From a candidate division KSB3 bacterium (GTDB lineage: Bacteria > Moduliflexota > Moduliflexia > Moduliflexales > Moduliflexaceae): DNA of 64,000 nt. Numbering within the stretch: position 1 is the stretch's first letter; the number at the start of each line of letters is the position of its first letter. The notes below the pieces were generated by a model that ran no database searches, was not told the origin of the DNA, and saw only the letters and a program-made list of their open reading frames with translations. The stretch is taken from positions 22,605-86,604 of the forward strand of contig PDSJ01000025.1 in the NCBI GenBank assembly GCA_002748425.1, read 5' to 3'. Shown piece by piece: positions 40,350 through 49,845 of this stretch. The position numbers and the translations under genes are program-made.

Positions 40350-43253
40350 ATGGATAAACACGACACAAACAGGCTACACATCAAACAGGTTGATGTCGAG
40401 AAAATTCCTCTGAGCCCTAATAAAGTTCTGTACCACATTAGTGACCGGTTTCTTATCAACGATCTTGATGATGAGGGGAAGGAGATTTGGAAAGAGGTTC
40501 AGCCTGGAGAAAACGTCTATTTAGGCCAGGAGCACTTGGTCTTTCCTCCCCAGATATTTTTTGGGAACGAACGCATTACTCTCAGTGCATACGATGTCTA
40601 TTGGGCTAAAACCTTTCGTAAGGGATTCTTTTCAGCGGAGAAGAGGGTCTTTTGCAATCAGATCCCTTTTCGAGCCGAGCCCGGCACACTGACGGGAATC
40701 ATGGGGCCCTCTGGTGCCGGAAAAACCGTTCTGCTGAACCTGTTAAGCGGCTATATATGTTCTCCTCGTAATTATGGGCAGGTCTTTATTAATGGGAGTT
40801 ACGACGTGCATAAAGAGCGCCGAATTCTGGGTCGGACGATCGGATATGTTCCGCAAGACGATACGCTGATTCCTCAACTCACTGTCCAGCAATCGCTAGA
40901 TTACTGTTTTCAGCTGCGCTATTCCGGCGTACCGAACAATTTACAGCAGCATATCATTGAAGACGCCTGTCAAAAGGCGGGATTCTCCAGAGAAAGCCTG
41001 CCAGATTTACTCGCAGCAAAAATCGGATCGCCTGACGAAAAAACTCTGAGCGGCGGAGAGCGCAAGCGCGTGAATATCGCCCATGAGTTGATTCGCCACC
41101 CCTTGCTGCTGTTTCTGGATGAACCCACATCCGGGCTTTCGTCAGTCGATGCCGACACGGTAACCCAGTCCTTAAAAGAGTTATGCACACGGACCAATAT
41201 TACGATTATTCTCACAATCCATCAGCCGAGCCGCGAATCATTTGATTTACTCGATCGTCTGCTGATCGTGAACCAGGGAGGCAATCTTGCGTATCTGGGC
41301 GATCCGCAAGACGCTGTGGCATATTTTGCGGGGCACGCTGGCATGACCTATCAGGCCCGACAGAACCCTGCTGAATTTATTTTACGCGCTCTGAACAGGT
41401 GGACAGCCTCATTAGCCGCCTCAAACAGCGTCACTGCACTGTCTCCTGAAAAAAGTATTACAGAGGCGTATTATCGCCAACCCGGATATTTTTCATTCAA
41501 CTTGACAGAATCGCTACTGGAAACTCTTCGGGATCAGGGAATGGCGTCTGAGGCCTTAGAACGGCTTGCTCCGCTGAAAAACCGGCGATTTCTCTGGAGA
41601 TCGGAGTATCGCAAAACCCTGAAAACGGCTTTAGGGCAGGGGTATGATGTGGAACAACGCGAGGTCCTCCGTCAGGTCGTTCAGAAAGGACATCCTGTCC
41701 GTTTGTCTGATATCCATCAAGAACGACTGCGTGATATTCCAAACCTGAGTACGTCATTCTTTCAGCAATTCCGAGTCTTGTTCCGCCGGAATCGGTCCGT
41801 GACTCATGCCGAGATCAAGACCCGGCTTTTTCAATCCTTTCAGCCCATCGCAATCGCTCTGCTAATGCTGCTCGCATTTTCCTGGTATTCACAGGATTAT
41901 TACAGCGAAGACATTTTTGCCAGGGTCGGCTGCTATTTCACCCAGAAGGTCAAGCAAGGCCAACAAATTCGGACCTGGAAAGATTTGCCTATTGCGAAAG
42001 CGCAGGCATACTCTCAACCACATCTGATGAGCGAGGGAGCGGCCAACCGTCGAGCGGCTATCTTTTTCTTACTTGTCGCTGCCTGCATCTGGCTCGGCAT
42101 CATCAATTCGTGTCAAGAAATTGTCGCTGAACGTACCGTCGTCAAACGGGAAGCCAAAAGTATTGTACGCATTTTTCCCTATCTCGTCGCAAAAATCATC
42201 TTTTTGGGATACATTTGTCTGAAACAGAGCCTGCTCTTATTGGCGATCATCTTTTTACCCAACATGCTTCTGACTACTGAGCGCTGGCGGCCGCTTTTCT
42301 CTGAAGGCTTCCGGAACCTTCTGCTAAAATTTCAGCTTTTCCCCAAAGCCAACTTCTTCTACGGAGCGGCCATTCTTGCGATTCTGTTTATCACCACCTG
42401 TGTGGCGTCATGGATGGGCTTAGGCATCTCGGCATTTGCACCGACTCCAAAAACCGCATTAACGATGGTTCCACTGTTGATTATCCCCCAATTATTGTTG
42501 GGAGGGCTTATCCGCCCGATCAAAGATATTGGGCGTCCGGAGAGCATCATGCTGACGCCGCAGGCCTTTTCGGAATTACGCCGGCACGTGCCGGATACAA
42601 TTCTGGACCAGCTTCAGGACTTCAAAAACCGTCCTTTTGCCAGAGAGCATGATTTTGTAGTCGGAATCCGTAGTCGAATCGGCGATAACGCCATGGCAGA
42701 CTATCGAGACATGCTGGTTGAACAGGCCCGCGTAACGACTCGCTGGGATCGAGCGCTCTTTTACGCCGGCGGCCTTCATCATCTGATGCTGCAAAAATGG
42801 GCTTTTAAAGCGCTCTTGCTTTATGACTCTCTCGGGAGGCTGCGCGTCCTGAAAAAAATTGTAGATTTCGACCGTTACCGGGAATATGAATATATTCAGT
42901 TTGAGGAACAGAGGCTCGTGGAAATGTTTTTCCCCGTGTCATTAGATAGCGCATATTATACGGCGCAGGAATATCAGAATTTCCTTGCAGACTTTCCGGA
43001 TGCAACAACAATGCTTCAGGACATTATCCACTTCGACAGGGTCGGAAACGTGTCTCTTCAGCTCTCAGATTTATCTGAAAGGGAACGCCAGGCTCTTCCT
43101 CGAGGCTCAGAAGACAATATCCTGGCGCACCGCGCACCGAAGCGCCAGATTTATGCTCTATTAACGCATACGTTTATCATCATAGTTGTGCTCTACGGAT
43201 TTTTTGTGCTTGTCCCGACCTATTGGTGGCTGCGAAAAAGCTTACTGACCTAA
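40350..43253 (+). CDS. ABC transporter, fused ATPase plus ABC-2-type permease (ABCG/White-like) with roughly 100-aa N-terminal extension
   Basis: Walker A GPSGAGKTVLLN, signature LSGGERKRVNIA, Walker B LLFLDEPTSGLS, then about 500 aa of multi-TM domain. The ORF is open from TTG 40329. Confidence 0.85.
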   Translation: MDKHDTNRLHIKQVDVEKIPLSPNKVLYHISDRFLINDLDDEGKEIWKEVQPGENVYLGQEHLVFPPQIFFGNERITLSAYDVYWAKTFRKGFFSAEKRVFCNQIPFRAEPGTLTGIMGPSGAGKTVLLNLLSGYICSPRNYGQVFINGSYDVHKERRILGRTIGYVPQDDTLIPQLTVQQSLDYCFQLRYSGVPNNLQQHIIEDACQKAGFSRESLPDLLAAKIGSPDEKTLSGGERKRVNIAHELIRHPLLLFLDEPTSGLSSVDADTVTQSLKELCTRTNITIILTIHQPSRESFDLLDRLLIVNQGGNLAYLGDPQDAVAYFAGHAGMTYQARQNPAEFILRALNRWTASLAASNSVTALSPEKSITEAYYRQPGYFSFNLTESLLETLRDQGMASEALERLAPLKNRRFLWRSEYRKTLKTALGQGYDVEQREVLRQVVQKGHPVRLSDIHQERLRDIPNLSTSFFQQFRVLFRRNRSVTHAEIKTRLFQSFQPIAIALLMLLAFSWYSQDYYSEDIFARVGCYFTQKVKQGQQIRTWKDLPIAKAQAYSQPHLMSEGAANRRAAIFFLLVAACIWLGIINSCQEIVAERTVVKREAKSIVRIFPYLVAKIIFLGYICLKQSLLLLAIIFLPNMLLTTERWRPLFSEGFRNLLLKFQLFPKANFFYGAAILAILFITTCVASWMGLGISAFAPTPKTALTMVPLLIIPQLLLGGLIRPIKDIGRPESIMLTPQAFSELRRHVPDTILDQLQDFKNRPFAREHDFVVGIRSRIGDNAMADYRDMLVEQARVTTRWDRALFYAGGLHHLMLQKWAFKALLLYDSLGRLRVLKKIVDFDRYREYEYIQFEEQRLVEMFFPVSLDSAYYTAQEYQNFLADFPDATTMLQDIIHFDRVGNVSLQLSDLSERERQALPRGSEDNILAHRAPKRQIYALLTHTFIIIVVLYGFFVLVPTYWWLRKSLLT

Positions 43254-43274
43254 GGTCAACGAAAGAGGAAAACG

Positions 43275-44093
43275 ATGACAATACTCCCGGAGCCGGTTCG
43301 GTTTACGTCACAGGAATATGAACGTTTTTTAGACAATTATCCTCATGTCGAACGGGCGTTATCTGATCCCTTTATCAGCGAAGAAGGAGAAACGATCCCT
43401 TTAATCAAACATGTCAACGAGGGAGTATTGATCTATCTCGATCTCCTTTCCTGCGAGCAGGAGAAAGAACTTGGCGCTGCCGCTTTACGCGAACTCAACA
43501 AACGTCTTTTATCAGAAAGAAACTATCACCCCAAAATACACATTGCAATACTCGGAATCACGCTTGCTACGATGATCGCCATCGGATGGAGACTGTTTTT
43601 TCTCCAAGATGTACGGGAACCTCCCTTGGCGACACCCACAGCAATTCCGACGCCGGTTCACACGTCGGCTCCGCCGCGCCCTGTGCCAACGCTGCGTCCA
43701 ACTTTTAGCCCGATACCGACAGCAAAACCGATTCCGACCTTTACTCCAAAGCCGAGATCGACTCCGACGGTGAAGGCGACACCCAAACCTCTTTACATCA
43801 GTGGAGTGTATGTACAAGACGCCAACAAAAATTTTGTTCCTGAACTTGACGGGAAATACTTGGTCAAACCTCTCGAAGTCCTGACACTTGAAGTACAACT
43901 GGAACATTCTGAGCATCGAGAGTTCTCGATAGAATATACACCAATGTACGGCACACTGCAAGCCCCGTCACGCTATATTGCACCCAATAAGCCCGGTGAG
44001 TTCGATTTGATCGTCGTGAAGGTCAGTGATGCTGAAAGCGGACTCCTGCTCGCTCAGGAGAGCGTCAAAATCAAGATTATCGATTCTTATTAA
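43275..44093 (+). CDS. Membrane-anchored Pro/Thr-linker protein with C-terminal beta-domain 'Y'
   Basis: TM segment (IAILGITLATMIAIGW), a PT-rich linker, and a C-terminal approximately 95-aa domain homologous to the C-terminus of the next CDS. Confidence 0.5.
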   Translation: MTILPEPVRFTSQEYERFLDNYPHVERALSDPFISEEGETIPLIKHVNEGVLIYLDLLSCEQEKELGAAALRELNKRLLSERNYHPKIHIAILGITLATMIAIGWRLFFLQDVREPPLATPTAIPTPVHTSAPPRPVPTLRPTFSPIPTAKPIPTFTPKPRSTPTVKATPKPLYISGVYVQDANKNFVPELDGKYLVKPLEVLTLEVQLEHSEHREFSIEYTPMYGTLQAPSRYIAPNKPGEFDLIVVKVSDAESGLLLAQESVKIKIIDSY

Positions 44094-44181
44094 TAACGTT
44101 CGTATCTACGAGCGCGCGTTGTCGGAAGCCAAAATCCAGAAATTGTACCATAAAAATAAGCCGTTAACTAAGGAGGTAAAC

Positions 44182-44907
<726 letters not shown>

Positions 44908-44934
44908 ATACAATTAAGGAACAGGAGGATGATC

Positions 44935-46107
44935 ATGAAAAAATATCTGATAACTATGGTAGTGATCGTGGCGTGTATCATGGGAGCTTCTTCTGCCGTA
45001 TGGGCTTCGGCCATGGCGGAATTAATCGAGCATATCGGAGTCGCAAAAATTGTGAGTATGGAGATCAGGCCTCTCTATCGCGTGACTGAGGAAACGCTGG
45101 CCTGGCTTAAAGCGGAGAACGTTCCAGAACAAATTTGTCTAAATCCTCAGTTGCTGAGTCTCAAAGATCAGACATACGATGGACGCGACGCGTTTCTGAG
45201 TGCTTTAGAACGTGCCCTGGACAGTGCTGATCTTGACCAGGAGATCGAAGGTGACACGGTTAGAATCTTGCTCCTGCGCTATGCCAGACAGCGTCCCTCC
45301 GAGAGGCATTCCGGTATTCTGGATGTCGCGATCGATATCAGCAACAGCAACGACCGCGACATCAAATTAACCGAATCGCTTTTCGACTTCTCATTGCGCG
45401 ATGAAGAAGCGATGGGTGGAATGATTCAACTGGGAAAAGACGTTGTCTATCGCAATACAGACATTGATCTGCCAGCGAACCCTGAGCATGATCCGGAAAA
45501 GGTTACGCGGGTCGTCTTTTCTATTGAATTGCAGGATGAGAGGAAGTCCTCATTCGATCCCCTTGTACACCTGCTGAACTTCAGCGGCAATCCCGCGCAG
45601 GACGATTACTTGTTTGTCAATGCGCGCTTTACTCTGGGTATGAAGTCGAGTAAAGGCTGGACCTATGGTGAAGCCATTCGCGTGGAGTGGATGTTCTGTC
45701 CGGACATGCAGAATCAATTACCGTTACAAGAATGCTTTATCGAGCTTCCTCCTCCGGCACCTGATTTTCCGGGAACGGTTTCCAGCCCGCTTTCGATCGC
45801 CTGTGACAATCTGGTTAAGGCCGGAAGAAACATCATTAAAAAACGCACGGATTATTATATCGCAGATCTCGGGGAAACGGCCGGAACCTTTCACCTTGAT
45901 TTTGAGACCTATACTGAACCGGACCAGATCCTCGTTGAGTACGAAGGAAAAGTGTTGTATGATACCGGCTGCGTCGGGGCTTCCGGCTCTGAAACGATCG
46001 CGTATTCCGGTACAACGTCATCAATGAAAGTTAGTGTCACTTCTCGTTGCCGCCGCGTCGGTCCATCGGTTACTGATTGGGATTTCAAACTGAGCTGCCC
46101 GGAATAG
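44935..46107 (+). CDS. Secreted WHy/LEA_2-like domain protein with C-terminal extension (paralogue 4)
   Basis: Signal peptide. SNSNDRDIKLTESLFDFSL and KGWTYGEAIRVEWMFCP closely parallel the 39456 CDS. Confidence 0.6.
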   Translation: MKKYLITMVVIVACIMGASSAVWASAMAELIEHIGVAKIVSMEIRPLYRVTEETLAWLKAENVPEQICLNPQLLSLKDQTYDGRDAFLSALERALDSADLDQEIEGDTVRILLLRYARQRPSERHSGILDVAIDISNSNDRDIKLTESLFDFSLRDEEAMGGMIQLGKDVVYRNTDIDLPANPEHDPEKVTRVVFSIELQDERKSSFDPLVHLLNFSGNPAQDDYLFVNARFTLGMKSSKGWTYGEAIRVEWMFCPDMQNQLPLQECFIELPPPAPDFPGTVSSPLSIACDNLVKAGRNIIKKRTDYYIADLGETAGTFHLDFETYTEPDQILVEYEGKVLYDTGCVGASGSETIAYSGTTSSMKVSVTSRCRRVGPSVTDWDFKLSCPE

Positions 46108-46197
46108 ACCTCTACCTGTAACGGATTGGAGGAATCGGTTCTGTTCCATTCTCCTCTTCGTTACAGACAGACAATATTCGGCTGGATTCAAGAACGT

Positions 46198-47589
46198 ATG
46201 CAACATATTTTTCGAAAGAGAATAGTTTTCTGCTGGTGGCTGAGCATGGCGGTCGTCATGACTGCTTGGTCCATCAGGGCAGAGCCGATAGCCCTGAAAC
46301 TGGTATGCGATCCTGATGTTCGTGAGATCGCCGCCGGGCAGTTTCCTGATGGAATTTTGATCGAAGCGCAGACCAATATGCATGATCTCAGTTATCGCTG
46401 GACGTATACAGGCCCTGGAACGTTACAAGGGAACCCTGCGGATTCGTATATCCTGTACCGCCCGGAAGCTGTGCAGCACAAACAGAGCGAACAGGCAGTC
46501 ATCACGCTGACAGTAAGCGATGGCAGCGGGACCGTGAAGACCCAGCACGTCAGCTTCAAACTTCTGCCCGCAGCTTCGCCCGCGCCGAGTACGCTCGCGA
46601 CAACCCGCACAACTCTCCCGGCAGCAGCTCCTGAACCGACCACTGAAAAACTCACCATCCTCAGCGATCCTCCAATTGAGACGATTTATATGCTCGGAGA
46701 AAAGAAAAATGCGGAAATTATCTTGATGGCTCAGACTTCAAAAAACAATGCCGAATTCGAGTGGACTCTGAATGGACCGGGTGCTTTAGAGGGAGATACG
46801 AGCAGTTCAATCGTGCTGTATATTTTGCCTGAAAGCCTCCCACAACGGTTTGATCAGGCTGAAATCCGTGTGACAGTACAAAACGCTTCAGGGGAAAACG
46901 CGATCGCCAACATGATAATCAAGCTTATGGCTCCAGACGATACAGTTCCAGCGCTTTCGCCTGAAGTTCTTGAGTTTCGCACACAGTTCGACTTCGTTCC
47001 TGTATCTGCCGGAACGCATGACATCTCGAAATATTTGCAGCAGTATCTTCGATTTCTTGTCAGAAAGCATGTCGTCATCCAACATGATTTTTTCATCCAG
47101 GCCCATGAAGTGACCGTTGGGCAATTCCGGGAATACGTGAGAAGTCTGAGTTGGGAAGAAAAGAAGCGGATCGGAACGCGTTGGGAACGGGGTCGGACCG
47201 AAAAGCTCTACGATGACGACCGTCCGGTAGAGAATGTGAGCTGGCAGGATGCAGCCGCTTATGCAAGATGGGCCAGCGAAAAAACTCAATGGACTTTAGG
47301 GCTGCCGACGATCGAACAATGGGCTGCGGCTTGCGTGACATATCCTGGATTTGCGCCAGTGCTTTCTCCGTCCGACGGTCAGCCTCTGTCGACAATCCGC
47401 CATAAGGTCGACCATTTGCTTGGAAACCTCCGGGAATGGTCTGTTACGTCCTGTGAAGATGGAGGATATTTTTTACTTGGAGAGAATTATATGAGCGATC
47501 GTAACGACCCGGCTTCAATCGGCCGGAAACAATGTGCTTCGGGAAGCTGGAATGGAATCGGTTTTCGATTGATACGAGAGACCCGATAA
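46198..47589 (+). CDS. Secreted protein with 2 GPG-domains plus C-terminal FGE-sulfatase (SUMF1/formylglycine-generating-enzyme-like) domain
   Basis: FGE-family hallmarks DRPVENVSWQDAAAYARWAS, LGLPTIEQWAAAC, GNLREWS and GSWNG…GFRL. The GPG motifs are SYRWTYTGPGTL and EFEWTLNGPGAL. The ORF is open from TTG 46126. Confidence 0.75.
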   Translation: MQHIFRKRIVFCWWLSMAVVMTAWSIRAEPIALKLVCDPDVREIAAGQFPDGILIEAQTNMHDLSYRWTYTGPGTLQGNPADSYILYRPEAVQHKQSEQAVITLTVSDGSGTVKTQHVSFKLLPAASPAPSTLATTRTTLPAAAPEPTTEKLTILSDPPIETIYMLGEKKNAEIILMAQTSKNNAEFEWTLNGPGALEGDTSSSIVLYILPESLPQRFDQAEIRVTVQNASGENAIANMIIKLMAPDDTVPALSPEVLEFRTQFDFVPVSAGTHDISKYLQQYLRFLVRKHVVIQHDFFIQAHEVTVGQFREYVRSLSWEEKKRIGTRWERGRTEKLYDDDRPVENVSWQDAAAYARWASEKTQWTLGLPTIEQWAAACVTYPGFAPVLSPSDGQPLSTIRHKVDHLLGNLREWSVTSCEDGGYFLLGENYMSDRNDPASIGRKQCASGSWNGIGFRLIRETR

Positions 47590-47660
47590 CTCTCATAATA
47601 TTGAGAGAATCCAGGCCTGTACTACGTTGATTATAGTGCAACCTTTTAATGGGAGAAAAA

Positions 47661-49724
47661 ATGAAATTTGCTCGTAGAGGAACCCTGTGTGTTATCGCGC
47701 TTTTTCTATGCATTATGCTGCCGCATATCGCGTTTACCGAAATTTCTCGGCCGTCTCACAAAGACATGATGAGATATCCTCTGCACTGGGAATGTTTGCA
47801 TAAAGAAGATCGTACTGATTTAAGCAGGGGCACAGAATATCAATTAGGTGCGTTTCTGCATTATGGAAGTGACACGAGCCTTCGGCTGCAGTACTGGGAC
47901 GATTGGGGATCAAATGCGGGACAATTTAGCGTCAGTGTGGGCATCACGATTATTCCATATATCCAGAAGATCGGACACAATGAAGGATACTTTTTCGTCC
48001 CTGACATTCAAGCCAAACCCAAGAAGAGCAAAGGGTATTTTTTAGCGTGTTCCCCACTTGACACCAGGAACGTTCTGAATCATCCCGAATGGTATCCAAG
48101 CGTTCTCCTGACACCCAAAAAAGAACAAGAAGCAACTACCGCCTTACAAGCTCAACTCAAAACCTTTCTCCAACGGCTTCCCACGTTTGACTTTTATCGA
48201 GCATCTCAAAAGCCGCTTGCGGTTCGCCTCTCTTATTATGATGGGCTTGTGCATTACGGCGGAGGAAAAAAGCTCCATACATTAAAAGACATTCTGAAGG
48301 TCTTTTTTAGGGAGAAAAAAACGGCGCTATTTCTCGATGGGTGGAAACAAGGAGAGATCTATCTTGCGGTGTTTGAAAAAAAAAACAAGAACATGTTATT
48401 TAATTTTACGTATCACCCCAAAGACATCCCAGTAAGCGGAAGCCCCTTACAGACTTCAATCCTGGCTCAACTTCCTTTACCTCGCACACAAATCTTTTTT
48501 CCGACGCCGATCGCCATACCCAGAGCTCTTGTGACTGCTACAGAGACACCGATCTCCACACCCAGCCCTATAGCGATTGCCACAGCAACACCGACCGCCA
48601 CGCCCAGCCCTACAGCGACTGCCACAGCAACACCGACCGCGACACCCAGCCCTATAGCGATTGCCACAGCAACACCGACCGCGACACCCAGCCCTATAGC
48701 GATTGCCACAGCAACACCGACCGCGACACCCAGCCCTACAGCGACTGCCACAGCAACACCGACCACGACACCCAGCCCTACAGCGACTGCCACAGCAACA
48801 CCGACCACGACACCCAGCCCTATAGCGACTGCCACAGCAACACCGACCGCCACGCCCAGCCCTACAGCGACAGCAACACCGACACCGCTTCCGCCAAAAT
48901 TTCCAGCAGTTGTTGATCCGGGGAACGTGCCGTATGATTCAAGCTCAAAATTTGTGCTGTTCTTTAACCGGGAAGCCTGTGAGCGTTCCTCTCTGACAGA
49001 AGCAGACCTTAATTTCTATCTTTACACGGCAGCCATGATGAACGACATACAAGCTCCGGAAAATGTGTACGCCCTGGTTGCAAAAGGCGATAAACGCTTG
49101 ACCGCCTGCGTGCCCGGACAAAAAGACGGTGAACGTATTGTCTTCCAAATGCATTCGAATGTCGTTGCGGGAAAACGACTGGTGATGGTGGTGGAAAATT
49201 CTCAGGGCTTGAGCGCCGCTGGAGGGAAACATATCAAACGGGGAATCATGCGTTGGCTGCAAGAGCTGAAAGAACTCGAGCGCTCTCTTCCTCTGAGCCT
49301 CTTTGTCGTGCGCGGTGGAAACGACGTGCAGGAATTTCTGCGAGGGGAGGATTTGTCACGACTGCCGTTTGAGAGTCAAAATGATGCGTTACCTTCATTG
49401 GTCGGATTGGTCAGCGAATATCTCAATTTCATCGGTCAGGGCTTTCAGCCTCTCCATAATCTTGCCCACATCGGTCAGAAAACGATGCAAGACGGTGTAA
49501 AAAAAGTGTTATATTTGACGGATAGTTACGGTATTCCTGACACAATTGACGATTCACAGGTCGGGACCCTGTTAGGATGGAAACTCGACGGAGTCGAGGT
49601 GACTGTGCTCACCAACGGTGATTGTGCAAAGTGGGACTATAAACATCTTGTCAACTGCGAACAATTACCTCAGATATTAACTGAAACGTTTATGAAAAAT
49701 CGTTTGAAAAACTGGCTGAACTGA
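47661..49724 (+). CDS. Secreted protein with ([14 protein letters not shown])n Pro/Thr/Ala tandem-repeat linker
   Basis: Signal peptide [26 protein letters not shown]. Eight 14-aa repeats, with globular regions on both sides. Confidence 0.6.
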   Translation: MKFARRGTLCVIALFLCIMLPHIAFTEISRPSHKDMMRYPLHWECLHKEDRTDLSRGTEYQLGAFLHYGSDTSLRLQYWDDWGSNAGQFSVSVGITIIPYIQKIGHNEGYFFVPDIQAKPKKSKGYFLACSPLDTRNVLNHPEWYPSVLLTPKKEQEATTALQAQLKTFLQRLPTFDFYRASQKPLAVRLSYYDGLVHYGGGKKLHTLKDILKVFFREKKTALFLDGWKQGEIYLAVFEKKNKNMLFNFTYHPKDIPVSGSPLQTSILAQLPLPRTQIFFPTPIAIPRALVTATETPISTPSPIAIATATPTATPSPTATATATPTATPSPIAIATATPTATPSPIAIATATPTATPSPTATATATPTTTPSPTATATATPTTTPSPIATATATPTATPSPTATATPTPLPPKFPAVVDPGNVPYDSSSKFVLFFNREACERSSLTEADLNFYLYTAAMMNDIQAPENVYALVAKGDKRLTACVPGQKDGERIVFQMHSNVVAGKRLVMVVENSQGLSAAGGKHIKRGIMRWLQELKELERSLPLSLFVVRGGNDVQEFLRGEDLSRLPFESQNDALPSLVGLVSEYLNFIGQGFQPLHNLAHIGQKTMQDGVKKVLYLTDSYGIPDTIDDSQVGTLLGWKLDGVEVTVLTNGDCAKWDYKHLVNCEQLPQILTETFMKNRLKNWLN
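48555..48890. repeat. 42-bp tandem repeat, about 8 copies, coding (inside CDS 47661-49724)
   Basis: Near-identical 42-nt units (…cccagccctatagcgattgccacagcaacaccgaccgcgaca…) in frame with the CDS. Confidence 0.85.
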
Positions 49725-49845
49725 AACACACGAGAAGACTGCAGGGATGATTTTAAGACGGATGAAAAAATCGGGGAAGATTGAACAGTGAAAGTTTGCT
49801 TCATCTCTCTTACGTCTATCTTTATCGTTCCAGAAGGAGGAACAT

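Noticed and set aside
44026-44181. Upstream extension of the 44182 CDS overlapping the end of the 43275 CDS
   Set aside because: A perfect AAGGAGG SD and a typical signal peptide begin at the ATG at 44182. The extension would overlap the previous gene by 68 nt.
48467-48853. 128-aa minus-strand ORF ([18 protein letters not shown]…)
   Set aside because: It is the antisense reading of the 42-bp PT-repeat array of the plus-strand CDS. Its low-complexity periodic product comes from the repeat, not a gene.
48555-48890. Possible CRISPR array (regular direct repeats)
   Set aside because: Units are 42 bp and contiguous with no unique spacers. They are in frame within a long CDS, encode a Pro/Thr/Ala linker, and no cas genes are nearby.
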